Assembly (NCBI GenBank): GCA_963735455.1
Contig: CAVTKZ010000004.1
Location: forward strand, 371,238-435,237
DNA length: 64,000 nt
Source: an uncultured Chloroflexia bacterium
GTDB lineage: Bacteria > Chloroflexota > Limnocylindria > Limnocylindrales > CSP1-4
Direction of reading: 5' to 3'
The notes under the pieces: model-generated
Databases searched by the model: none
What the model was told of the DNA's origin: nothing
Seen by the model: the letters and a program-made list of their open reading frames with translations, nothing else
Shown here: positions 23,954 through 33,378 of the stretch, piece after piece
Numbering within the stretch: position 1 is the first letter of the stretch
Layout: the number at the start of each line of letters is the position of its first letter
Position numbers and translations under genes: made by a program

Positions 23954-26900
23954 GCTCAGCTGCCGCCACCAGCCGATCGAGGCGATAGCCGGCGTCGGCG
24001 GCGGCCCGGGCCAGTGTCCGTTGGCGGGCCACGGCCGGCCGGCCGCTCGCCTCGGCCACGACCGCGAGCCAGAGCAGCCAGGCCTCGCGCTCGACGAACT
24101 CGACACCGTCCCAGGCGTTGACCCGCAGGCCGGCCCGGATCCCCGGATCGGCGAACCACGACCGGATCGCCGGGGCGTCGAGGGCAATCACCGCCGGGTC
24201 CGGGCCGGCGAGGGCGCCGGCGAGGGCGGCGGCCAGGCCGACGGCCCGATCGACATCGTCGGGCGGCCAGCCCGTCGCCAGGAGCGCCGCGCGAATCACG
24301 GGCCACAGTCGGAGGCGCTCGACGTCCAGGCCGCGGATCGCCCCGGCTGCGGCCACGATCCTGGCGGGCGGGCTGGCGGCCGTCCCGAGAGCTGCCTGCA
24401 GGGCGGCCCCGACCCGCTCATGCTCGGGCTCGAGGACCAGGTCGGCCAGGGCATCGGCCAGGCGGGGTACCGAGCCGCCGGCCAGGCGGTGGGCCAGCTG
24501 CGACCAGGGCGCAGCGGGCGTCGAGGCCACCTCGCGCAGGTCGACGTACACCCGGCAGGCATAGGCAGCCAGGCTGGCCGGCAGGCCGTCCTCGACGATC
24601 TCGCGGGTCGAGAACAGCGCTTCCCGATCGGTCATCGCGTCCCGGACGGCCAGCCAGCGATCGGGTCCCAGAGTGAGGCCGAGGGCGTCGCCGACGGTGA
24701 CCCGGGCCGGCCGCTTCTCGCCGTCCGGCCCGCGCTCGGCGTAGGTCGTCGAGCGACGCAGCCGGCCGCTCGTCTCGGCATAGCGATTGTGGAAGATGAC
24801 CAGCGACCGTTCGCCGCCCGGACCCCGGTTGCTGTAGGCGTAGACGTTCTCGTCGACCGCGCCGCCCCCGATCTCGAAGTCGAACAGGCGGAACTGCTCG
24901 GCCCCGGCGAACTCGGCCCGCCGGTGGAGGAGCGGGAAGATCGTCCGCTCGTGGTGGTCGAGCAGGCCCTCATCGACCGCCTCCTCGAGCCGCGGCCGGC
25001 GGAACTCCATCCCGTACTGCTCGCGGTAGCCTTCGACCTGACCGTGGCCGAGCAGCGGCAGGCCGGGCATGGTCGCCAGCAGGGCCGCCACCCCGAAGTA
25101 CTTGTCGCCCGTCCCGAACTGCTCGACGGCGGTCTTCTCGTCGGGGTTGCTCATGAAGTTGACGAACCGGCCCAGGATCGCCGGATCGAATTCGAGGGTG
25201 TTCTTGATCACCTGGCGGTACTCGTCGTTGTGCTCGTCGCGGAGCATGTTCATGAAGGCGCTGTTGTAGACCCGGTGCATCCCCAGGGTCCTCACGAAAT
25301 AGCCCTCGAGGAGCCAGAACGCCTCGGCCAGGAGCAGGGTCCCGGGCGCCTCGAGGGCGACCCGGTCGACCACCTCCCGCCAGAACTCGTGGGGCATCAG
25401 GGCCTCGAACGCCCGCCGGCTCATGCCCCGGCCGGCACGCGAGGGGATGGCCCCGCCGGCGCCTGGCTCGGGGAACCACAGCCGTTCGATGTGGCGCTTG
25501 GCCAGGACCATCGCGGCGTCGAAGCGGATCACCGGGAACTGCCGGGCAACGGCCACGATCGTCCGGATCACCGCCTCCCGCACGCTCGCCTGGGAGTAGT
25601 CGAGCTGGGCCGTGTCGTTCCAGGGGAAGGTCGTCCCGTCGTTGCCGTGGTAGACGTAGCGCACCCCGCCGGTCAGCCGATCGGTGCGCTGGAAGACGAC
25701 CGCGGCGTCGCTGGCGTCGTAGTAGTGATCCTCGATCCGGATCCCGACCCGCTCGTCGTCGGACAGGTCGGGACCCTCGAACGAGTACGCCGGGAAGGGC
25801 GACTCCGGCAGCGACAGGAACCAGTCGGGCTGCTCGATCACCCAGCGCGAGTCGATCCCCATATGGTTGGGGACCATGTCGCTGGCCAGCCGGATGCCCC
25901 GCCGGGCGGCCCGGCCGCGGAGGTCGGCGAGGGCCGCCGGACCGCCCAGGTCGGCGGCGATCTGGTAGTCATCGAGCGAGTAGGCCGAAGCCACCGCGTC
26001 GGGCTGGCCGCGGAGCTGCTTGATCCGGGCCGACGCCCGGCTGCGCTGCCACAGGCCGATCAGCCACAGGCCGGTGATCCCGCGCCGGGCGAGCGTGTCG
26101 AGCTCCTCGTCGGGGATCGCATCGAGCGTGCGCACCTCACGCTCGTAGTGGCGCGACAGCTGGTCGAGCCAGACGTAGGTGCTCTTGGCGACCAGGATCA
26201 GGCGCGGCATCCAGTCCGTGTCGAGGCTGAACTGCTCGGTCTCGGTTGCTTCGCCCTCGAACGTGTAGACCTCCGCCGGGCCGCCGGCACCGGCGTCGGG
26301 CTGGATGGCGAGCCAGGCCAGCTCGGCTGAATGGCGCTCCTCGGCCAGGACGTCGAGGGCGACCAGGAGCTGCTCGAGGAGGTCCCCCAGGAGCGGCGCG
26401 AAGCGCTCGCCCCAGGCCCTCCGGATGTAGCGCAGCTGGTCGGCCAGCGAGCCGGGCGCGGCCCGGGCCGGCTCCCGCAGGAGCTCGATCAGCGAACGAG
26501 GATCGTCGGGGAAGGCCGGCCGGCCGTCGAAGACCTCGTCGAGGGCCGCCTGGACACCCGGCGCGGCAGCCGCCCGCTCGCGCAGAGGTCCCAGGTCGAC
26601 CAGCTCGCCGAACGGCACGACGGCCGGATTCTCGGAGAGCACGCCGAGCAGCAGGAGCTGGGCCAGGGCGACGTCCGGGTCGGCCGGCTCCGGGCCGCCA
26701 TCGAGGTGGCGCGGAAACTCGACCGGGAAGGCCTCGACGGTCGCCGCCAGGCCGTCCGGGCCGACAACGCTCTCGAGCTGGTCGGCCGCCAGCTGGAGGG
26801 CGTCGCCGTCGGCCGACTCGCGATAGCGGTCGATCAGCCGGCCGAGGATCGAGACGAGGATCCCGGCGGCGTGCAGCTCGCCGCTGGTGACCGGCGGCTC

Positions 26901-27056
26901 CTGCCCGGGACGTGGCTTGCGCCTGGCGGCCAGCCGGGCGGCAATCGTCCGGGCCGTGGAGAGCTGCGGGTCGAGGGTCAGGTCGGACAGGCCGTAGCGT
27001 TCCCGGGCGAGCCGAGCGAGACGGAACTCGTGCTCGGTGGGCTGCCGGGGGGCCAC
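23856..27056 (-). CDS. large alpha-amylase (GH13) family protein, 1066 aa
   Basis: GH13 conserved regions 'ASDMVPNHMG' (I), 'VIRFDAAMVL' (II), 'LLLAEAFW' (III) and 'FMSNPDE' (IV). Long N- and C-terminal extensions. The GTG start abuts the GntR stop. Confidence 0.75.
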   Translation of the reverse strand: MAPRQPTEHEFRLARLARERYGLSDLTLDPQLSTARTIAARLAARRKPRPGQEPPVTSGELHAAGILVSILGRLIDRYRESADGDALQLAADQLESVVGPDGLAATVEAFPVEFPRHLDGGPEPADPDVALAQLLLLGVLSENPAVVPFGELVDLGPLRERAAAAPGVQAALDEVFDGRPAFPDDPRSLIELLREPARAAPGSLADQLRYIRRAWGERFAPLLGDLLEQLLVALDVLAEERHSAELAWLAIQPDAGAGGPAEVYTFEGEATETEQFSLDTDWMPRLILVAKSTYVWLDQLSRHYEREVRTLDAIPDEELDTLARRGITGLWLIGLWQRSRASARIKQLRGQPDAVASAYSLDDYQIAADLGGPAALADLRGRAARRGIRLASDMVPNHMGIDSRWVIEQPDWFLSLPESPFPAYSFEGPDLSDDERVGIRIEDHYYDASDAAVVFQRTDRLTGGVRYVYHGNDGTTFPWNDTAQLDYSQASVREAVIRTIVAVARQFPVIRFDAAMVLAKRHIERLWFPEPGAGGAIPSRAGRGMSRRAFEALMPHEFWREVVDRVALEAPGTLLLAEAFWLLEGYFVRTLGMHRVYNSAFMNMLRDEHNDEYRQVIKNTLEFDPAILGRFVNFMSNPDEKTAVEQFGTGDKYFGVAALLATMPGLPLLGHGQVEGYREQYGMEFRRPRLEEAVDEGLLDHHERTIFPLLHRRAEFAGAEQFRLFDFEIGGGAVDENVYAYSNRGPGGERSLVIFHNRYAETSGRLRRSTTYAERGPDGEKRPARVTVGDALGLTLGPDRWLAVRDAMTDREALFSTREIVEDGLPASLAAYACRVYVDLREVASTPAAPWSQLAHRLAGGSVPRLADALADLVLEPEHERVGAALQAALGTAASPPARIVAAAGAIRGLDVERLRLWPVIRAALLATGWPPDDVDRAVGLAAALAGALAGPDPAVIALDAPAIRSWFADPGIRAGLRVNAWDGVEFVEREAWLLWLAVVAEASGRPAVARQRTLARAAADAGYRLDRLVAAAELSPRRRRPGPGRARATGPGSRGSASPRGGGAG

Positions 27057-27057
27057 C

Positions 27058-28092
27058 TCAGCGGACGGCCCCGATCGAGGTCGGCTGGAGGGTGGGTCGC
27101 TCGTCCGGTCCGTCGCCGGCCGGCCGCTCGTCCTGGACGCGTTCGATCGCCCGCCGGAGGAGCTCCAGGCCGGACGGGTCGAACTCGTACTTCCAGGCCC
27201 GGATCCGCTCAGGCCGGCTGAACCGGTCGTCGAGCCCGAGGGCGATCGCCTCGCGCGACAGCAGGATCAGGTCGGCGACATCGTCGATGTGCTGCAGGCC
27301 TTCGTCCGAGCCGATCACCGCCCGGACGATCTCGACGCCCGTCGCACCGGCCAGGCGGAGGGTCTCGGCGATGTTATCGGTGCCCGTCTCCGAGGCACAC
27401 ACCAGGCCAACGACGCCGCCCGGCGGCAGGGCCGCGATCTCGTGGACGAGCTCCATGTAGCCCGGCCCGACGATCATCGCGATCAGGGGAATGCCCAGGC
27501 CGACCGAGTACGCCTGGGCCTCGTCGGCGTGGAAGGTCGTGGTCGCGATCAGGTCGTAGTGGAAGCGCTCGAGCCGCTCGGGAATGTCCTGGAGCAGGGT
27601 GCCCTCAGCCTCGACCGCGGCCGGGAAGGCTTCCACGATCGCCGCCGCGTCATAGATGGCGTCGGCATTGGTGCACTCGGCGAATAGGATCCGGACGAGC
27701 GGGCCGGGCCGCTTGCGCTCGGCCGCGGCGGCAAAGGTGGCCGAGGCCACCTCGTCGGCCGTGAAGCCGGCCGCGCTCGCCCGGCGGAGCATCTCGGCAA
27801 CGATCCCGGCCAGGGCCTCCTGGCCCCGGCGCTGGGGTGGCCGGTCGGCGACGTGGGTGCCGGCGCCATGGCGGCTGGTCACGTAGCCCGCGTCGGCCAG
27901 CCGCTTGTAGACCGCCCGGATCGTGTTCGGGTTGACCCGCAGCGCCGCTCCCAGCTCGCGGACCGGGGCCAGGCGGGCACCCGGCAGGAGGCGGCCCGAG
28001 TCGATCTGGTAGGCGACCTGCCAGAAGATCTGGGTGCTGATCGGGACGTCGGAGTCGCGCTCGACGTCGAGGCCCCGATGGGTGGTTGACAT
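27058..28092 (-). CDS. GntR family transcriptional regulator with a large C-terminal domain
   Basis: ATG at 28092. 'PISTQIFWQVAYQIDSGRLLPGARLAPVRELGAALRVNPNTIRAVYKRLADAGYV' is a GntR winged HTH. Confidence 0.8.
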   Translation of the reverse strand: MSTTHRGLDVERDSDVPISTQIFWQVAYQIDSGRLLPGARLAPVRELGAALRVNPNTIRAVYKRLADAGYVTSRHGAGTHVADRPPQRRGQEALAGIVAEMLRRASAAGFTADEVASATFAAAAERKRPGPLVRILFAECTNADAIYDAAAIVEAFPAAVEAEGTLLQDIPERLERFHYDLIATTTFHADEAQAYSVGLGIPLIAMIVGPGYMELVHEIAALPPGGVVGLVCASETGTDNIAETLRLAGATGVEIVRAVIGSDEGLQHIDDVADLILLSREAIALGLDDRFSRPERIRAWKYEFDPSGLELLRRAIERVQDERPAGDGPDERPTLQPTSIGAVR

Positions 28093-28180
28093 AGTGGAAT
28101 GGTCCAAGTAGGATTTGGCCTAGGACACTATATCAACATTGAGTGCGAGTCCGGCACTCGAGCAGCTATCGAGACACACC

Positions 28181-28312
28181 ATGGCACTCATCGCAGGCAT
28201 CGTCATCATCGTTGCCATCCTGACACTATTCGGAGCACTGGCGCAGCGCTGGGGCGTCGACTCACGCGACAGCTGGGTCGACTCGTATACCCCGCGCGCG
28301 GGCGTCCGCTAG
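28181..28312 (+). CDS. unannotated 43-aa single-TM micro-protein 'MALIAGIVIIVAILTLFGALAQRWGVDSRDSWVDSYTPRAGVR'
   Basis: ATG..TAG ORF below the ORF-track cutoff. GC3 ~79%, against ~60% for the surrounding non-coding DNA. One hydrophobic helix followed by a 'RWGVDSRD' tail. Confidence 0.4.
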   Translation: MALIAGIVIIVAILTLFGALAQRWGVDSRDSWVDSYTPRAGVR

Positions 28313-28426
28313 CTCACGCCATCGCCTTCGAGGCCAAACTGGTTGCTTGTGCAATAATCGTTGAGGGTCTACCTGACCCGCAACGAGGCAACGAACCGAG
28401 ATGCGCAACGCAGCCGCGGTGCCGCG

Positions 28427-29059
28427 ATGACCACCACCCGGGCCAACGATGTCGCGGGCGGGCCGCCCGCAGGCCTCGATCCGGTCGAGCGGGTGGCGAC
28501 GGCCATCCGCGCCCATAACATCGGGGTGGTCGTCGTCGCCACGAAGGACGAGGCGCGGGACGCCGTCCTGGCCCTGATCCCGGAAGGCGCCGAGGTCCAC
28601 TCGGGCAAGTCCAGGACCCTCGAGGAGCTGGGCCTCTTCGCCGAGCTGATGGAGTCCGGCCGCTACGACGCGGTTCGGCCGCGGGTCGCGAAGCTCGACC
28701 GCCAGACCCAGGGCGCGGAGATCCGCCGCCATACCTCTTCGCCGAGCTACATGCTGGGCAGCGTCAACGCGCTGACCGAGGGCGGTGCGTTGGTGGCCGC
28801 CAGTGGCACGGGCAGCCAGCTCGCGGCCTATTCCGCCGGCGCCGGCCACCTGATCCTGGTCGTGGGCAGCCAGAAGATCGTGCCCGACCTGGACGCCGCC
28901 CTGCGCCGGATCGACGAGGTTGTCTTCCCCTACGAGGATGCCCAGGTCTTCGAGCGGATGGGCGTGCACACGATCCTGGGCAAGATCCTGATCATCTATG
29001 CCGAGTGGGTCGCGCAGCGAACGACGGTCGTCCTCGTTCGCGAGCCGGTCGGAGTCTAG
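28427..29059 (+). CDS. LUD (lactate-utilisation/YkgG-like, DUF162) domain protein
   Basis: ATG at 28427. The 'GSVNALTEGGALVAASGTGSQL..HLILVVGSQKIVPDLDAALRR' pattern is LUD-domain-like. Confidence 0.65.
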   Translation: MTTTRANDVAGGPPAGLDPVERVATAIRAHNIGVVVVATKDEARDAVLALIPEGAEVHSGKSRTLEELGLFAELMESGRYDAVRPRVAKLDRQTQGAEIRRHTSSPSYMLGSVNALTEGGALVAASGTGSQLAAYSAGAGHLILVVGSQKIVPDLDAALRRIDEVVFPYEDAQVFERMGVHTILGKILIIYAEWVAQRTTVVLVREPVGV

Positions 29060-31269
29060 GCCGCCGGAGCTCCAGCTCCGACACCCGGCTGCTCCGGCCG
29101 GGCGACGACCGGCACGCCGGCCGCGGGCAGGTACAGCTGCTCGGTGTACTCGTGGAGCATCCGGGTGGTCGAGAAGCGCCAGATCGTCGAGGCGATCGAG
29201 CTCCGCATCCGCTCCGTCCAGCCGGTCGGGATGCCGCTCGGGCCGCGCTCGTAGTAGCGCGGCACGATCTCGTCCTCGAGGATCCGGTAGAGGTCCAGTG
29301 CGTCCGCCCAGTCCTGGGCGCCCTCGTCCGGATTCTGCTCGCGGCTGCCGATCGCCCAGCCGTTGTCGCCGGTCCAGCCCTCGTCCCACCAGCCGTCGAG
29401 GACCGACGCGTTGACCACCCCGTTCTGGGCGGCCTTCATCCCGCTCGTCCCCGACGCCTCGAGCGGCCGGCGAGGATTGTTCAGCCAGACGTCGACGCCC
29501 TGGACCAGGAAGCGGGCGATCCGCATGTCGTAGTCCTCGAGGATGAACACCCGACCGCGCAGGGCGGCTGAGCGCGAGCGCTCGAAGATCTGCTGGATCA
29601 CGCCCTGGCCGGGCCGGTCGGCCGGATGGGCCTTGCCGGCGAAGATGACCTGGACCGGCCGCTCCGGGTGCCACAGCAGGCGGGCCAGCCGCTCGACGTC
29701 GGTGAACAGCAGGCCGGCCCGCTTGTAGGTCGCGAAGCGGCGCGCGAAGCCGATCGTCAGGATCTCCGGATCGAGGGCCTCCTCGAGCTGCTCCAGGACG
29801 AGCGGCGCCTCGCCGTGGCGGGCGAACTGGCTGCGCAGGCGCTTGCGGGCGAACATCGACAGCTCGCTCTTCTGGCGCTGGTGGGCGGCCCACAGGTCGC
29901 GATCCTGGATCCGGCTCAAGCGCTCCCAGAACCGGCCGGTCTTCGTCGCCGGGTCGAGGTCGTCGAGGTCGGCGCCCAGGAAGTTCGCGTACAGCCCGTT
30001 CATCTCGGTCCCGACCCAGGTCGGCGCGTGGACGCCGTTGGTGATCCCCAGGATCCGGCGCTCGCCGAGCATCGGTGACCAGGTCGCGTTGGCGGTGATC
30101 GCGTGGAGCTGGCTGACCGCGTTGGCGGCACACGACAGGCGCAGCGAGAGGGCCGTCATGTCGAACTGGCGGGGGTCCTCGTCGACGCCCCGGCCGAGGA
30201 GCAACAGGCGCTCGATGTCGACCAGCCCGGCCGCTTCGGGCCGCTCCACCCCGAGGACCGGCCCGGCGACCTTCCGGACAAGGTCCGCGTCGAAGCGCTC
30301 GTTGCCGGCCGAGACCGGGGTATGGATGGTGAAGACGCTGGTCGCCCGGACCTGCTCGAAGGCATCGTCGAAGGTGCTCCCGGCCGCCACCAGCTCGCGC
30401 GCCCGTTCGGCCAGCAGGAACGCGCTGTGACCCTCGTTCAGGTGCCAGGCCGCCGGGCTGATCCCCAGGGCCCGGATCGCGCGCGTCCCGGCCACGCCCA
30501 GGACCAGCTCCTGGTGGAGGCGCATCTCGCGCCCGCGCACGTACAGGATGTGACTGATCGGTCGGTCGGCCTCGTCGTTCTCGTTGATGTCGGTGTCCAG
30601 CAGGAGCGTTGGCACCCGGCCGACCTGGGCGACCCACACCGCGACATGGAGGGTCCGTCCGGGCAGGTCGATCGTGACCGTCAATGGATCGCCGTAGCGG
30701 TCCGCCGCCCGGAGGACCGGCAGCCGGGCCAGGTCGTAGTCGGGGTACGCGTGCTCCTGGTGGCCGTCGGCGTCGATCGTCTGGCGGAAGTAGCCCTTGC
30801 GATACATCAGGCCGACGCCGATGAACGGCAGGGCCATGTCCGAGGCGGTCTTGAGGTGGTCGCCGGCCAGCACGCCCAGGCCGCCGGAGTAGATCCCCAG
30901 GCTCTCGTAGAAGCCGTATTCGGCGCAGAAGTAGGCGATCGGGCCTTCGAGCGACCCGCCGTACTGGCGCTGGAACCAGTGGTTGCTGCCGTTGGCCAGG
31001 TAGGCGTCGAGGTCGGCGATCACGGCCTGGTATTCCACCAGGAAGTCCTGGTCCTCGAGCAGGGTCCGCCAGTCGACGGCGCCCTCCAGGACGGCGACCG
31101 GGTTGCGGTAGCGGGTCCAGGCTGCGGCGTCGATCCGGTTGAACAGGACCTTGGCGGCCGGATGCCAGCTCCACCACAGGTTGTAGGCGAGCCGGCGCAG
31201 GCCTTCCAGCTGGGGCGGCAGGCGGAACGGCGCGCCGGGCATCGTCGGCACGTGAACGAGGGGATCCAT
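29056..31269 (-). CDS. glgP: alpha-glucan (glycogen/maltodextrin) phosphorylase, GT35
   Basis: 'LAYNLWWSWHP', 'GGLGVLAGDHLK' and 'EASGTSGMKAAQNGVVNASVLDGWWDE' (PLP Lys). ATG at 31269. An alternative start at 31314 would leave only a 12-bp gap to glgA. Confidence 0.85.
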   Translation of the reverse strand: MDPLVHVPTMPGAPFRLPPQLEGLRRLAYNLWWSWHPAAKVLFNRIDAAAWTRYRNPVAVLEGAVDWRTLLEDQDFLVEYQAVIADLDAYLANGSNHWFQRQYGGSLEGPIAYFCAEYGFYESLGIYSGGLGVLAGDHLKTASDMALPFIGVGLMYRKGYFRQTIDADGHQEHAYPDYDLARLPVLRAADRYGDPLTVTIDLPGRTLHVAVWVAQVGRVPTLLLDTDINENDEADRPISHILYVRGREMRLHQELVLGVAGTRAIRALGISPAAWHLNEGHSAFLLAERARELVAAGSTFDDAFEQVRATSVFTIHTPVSAGNERFDADLVRKVAGPVLGVERPEAAGLVDIERLLLLGRGVDEDPRQFDMTALSLRLSCAANAVSQLHAITANATWSPMLGERRILGITNGVHAPTWVGTEMNGLYANFLGADLDDLDPATKTGRFWERLSRIQDRDLWAAHQRQKSELSMFARKRLRSQFARHGEAPLVLEQLEEALDPEILTIGFARRFATYKRAGLLFTDVERLARLLWHPERPVQVIFAGKAHPADRPGQGVIQQIFERSRSAALRGRVFILEDYDMRIARFLVQGVDVWLNNPRRPLEASGTSGMKAAQNGVVNASVLDGWWDEGWTGDNGWAIGSREQNPDEGAQDWADALDLYRILEDEIVPRYYERGPSGIPTGWTERMRSSIASTIWRFSTTRMLHEYTEQLYLPAAGVPVVARPEQPGVGAGAPAA

Positions 31270-31326
31270 CCGGGCCGAATGATAGGCGAGCGAGCGGGGG
31301 CTCGGCGCGGCCACGACAATGGGCCG

Positions 31327-32866
31327 ATGCGAATCGTGTCGGTGGCCGCCGAGTGCGAGCCCTGGGCGAAGGCCGGCGGGCTGGGCGACGTGGTCGATGC
31401 GCTCGCGCGCAGCCTGGGCCGGACGGACGCCCTTGACGAGCCCGTCGACGTCTTCCTACCGGCCTATCGCTCGGTCGTCCCCCCGGCCGATGCTGTCGTC
31501 TCGGAGGCACGGGTCAGCGTGCCCGGGCCGTACGGGCCGCCGACCGCCGCCCACCCCGAGGGCGTCGCGACGCTGACGGTCCGATCGGTGTTGACCCACG
31601 GCTATCGCCTCCGCCTCGTCGATTTCCCGCCGGCCTTCGACCGCGACGGGATCTACGGCTATGACGACGATCCGTGGCGGTTCGGCCTCCTCGCCCGGGC
31701 GGCCCTCGAGACGCTCCGCCTGGAGCGGCGCCCGGTCGACCTGCTCCACGTCCACGACTGGCACGCCGCGACCGCGCTGGTCCTGCGCGACTGCTTCTAC
31801 CCCGACGATCCGATCGTCGGCCGCGCCCGGCTGGCGTCGCTCCTGACGATCCACAACCTGGCCTACCACGGCTGGGTCGAGCGGGCCGGCCTGGCCAGCC
31901 TCGGGCTGGCCCCCGGCGACCGGGTCGTCGCCGCGACCGCGGCCGGGATCGACCTGCTCTGGGCCGGGATCGAGCGCGCCGACCTGGTCAACACGGTCAG
32001 CCCGACATTCGCGGCGGAGGCCTTGACGCCGGCCGTCGGCTTCGGCCTCGATCCGACCCTGCGCTGGAAGGCGGCCCAGCTCGACCTGTCCGGCCGGCCG
32101 CGCTTCTTCGGGATCCTCAACGGGATCGACCCGGCGGTCTGGAACCCGGCCACCGACGCCGTCCTGGCCGCGCCGTACTCGGCCGCCGATCGCGCCGGCA
32201 AAGCGGCCTGCCGGACCGACCTGCTCGACCGGCTCGGCTTCGACCCCGGCGACGACGGCCCGGTCCTGGGGATGATCGGCCGGCTCGACCCGCAGAAGGG
32301 CTTTGACCTGCTGGCCGAGGCCGCGCCCCGCCTGCTGTCGTCCGGCGCGCGGCTGATCGTGCAGGGCAGCGGCGACCCGGCCCTGGCCGAGCCGTTCCGG
32401 GCCCTAGCCCGGCGGCGTCCCGATCGAAATCGTCTTGAACGAGCACTTCGACCGGGCGATGGCCCGCCGGATCTACGCCGGCTGTGACCTGTTCGTGATG
32501 CCCAGCCGCTTCGAGCCCTGCGGCCAGGGCCAGATGATCGCCCTGCGCTACGGCACGCCGCCGATCGTCCACCGAACCGGCGGCCTGGCCGACACCGTCG
32601 TCGACGAGTACCTTCATCCGGGCGCGGGGACCGGCTTCGTCTTCGAGCACCCCACCGCGGCTGGCCTGGCCTGGGCGTGCGAGCAGGCCTTCGAGACGCG
32701 CGCCCGGCCGGCGGCTTGGGACGGGCTGATCGAGCGCGGGATGGCCGTCGATCACGACTGGGGGTCCGGGCCGACGGCGGCCTATCTCGATGCCGATCGC
32801 CGGGCGATCGCCCTGGCCCAGGCGCCCCGGAAGGCGACCAGGCGGCCACCGCCACCCAGGCCCTGA
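31327..32866 (+). pseudogene. glgA: glycogen synthase (GT5) interrupted by a +1-type frameshift between 32408 and 32434
   Basis: The N-terminus 'MRIVSVAAECEPWAKAGGLGDVV' is in the frame of ORF 30103..32487. The C-terminus 'NEHFDRAMARRIYAGCDLFVMPSRFEPCGQGQM' is in ORF 32435..32866. Removing one C from the CCC at 32419-32421 gives '..ALARRRPIEIVLNEHFD..'. Confidence 0.8.
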
Positions 32867-32956
32867 GCGGCCGGGCCGCCGTTCGCCGGCCGGACGACCC
32901 TCCGGCGAACTGGCCGCCGTGTCAGAATCGGCCGACCCAGATCCGCGGAGGTGCTC

Positions 32957-33346
32957 ATGGCCCGCCAGTTCGTCGTCCAGCTGCCCAATGAACCCGGTGC
33001 CCTCGCGACCCTGTCGGAGGCCCTGGCCGAGCGCGGCGTTGACCTGCGCGCGATCGGCGGCGGGAGCATGGGCGAGACCGGCCACGTGATCATGACCACG
33101 GCCGACGACGACACGGCCCGAGCGGTCCTGCAGGCCGGCAAGTACACGTTCGTCGAAGGCGAGTCGATCCTGGCCGAGGTTGGTGATCGGCCGGGCGGGA
33201 TGGCCGGCGTGACCCGCGAGCTGGCCGACGCCGGGGTGAACATCATCGGCCACCTCTTCCTCGGTCGCTGGGGCGACCGGGCGATGTTCACCTTCGTCGT
33301 CGACAACGCCGAGGTCGCCCGGCCGATCCTCGAGCGCAAGCCCTAG
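32957..33346 (+). CDS. ACT domain-containing protein (two ACT-like repeats)
   Basis: 'VVQLPNEPGALATLSEALAERGVDL' and 'VGDRPGGMAGVTRELADAGVNI'. GGAGG SD sequence upstream of the ATG at 32957. Confidence 0.7.
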   Translation: MARQFVVQLPNEPGALATLSEALAERGVDLRAIGGGSMGETGHVIMTTADDDTARAVLQAGKYTFVEGESILAEVGDRPGGMAGVTRELADAGVNIIGHLFLGRWGDRAMFTFVVDNAEVARPILERKP

Positions 33347-33378
33347 CCTCGCCGAGCGCCTGGCCAGGGCCCCCAGCG

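Noticed and set aside
12511-32434. Programmed +1 ribosomal frameshifting as the explanation for the MFS, sodX and glgA frame breaks.
   Set aside because: The sites share no slippery or stall motif such as the prfB-type CUU-UGA with an upstream SD. Two sit in short homopolymers. These gene families are not known to use recoding. Sequencing or assembly insertion errors or true pseudogenes are far more likely.
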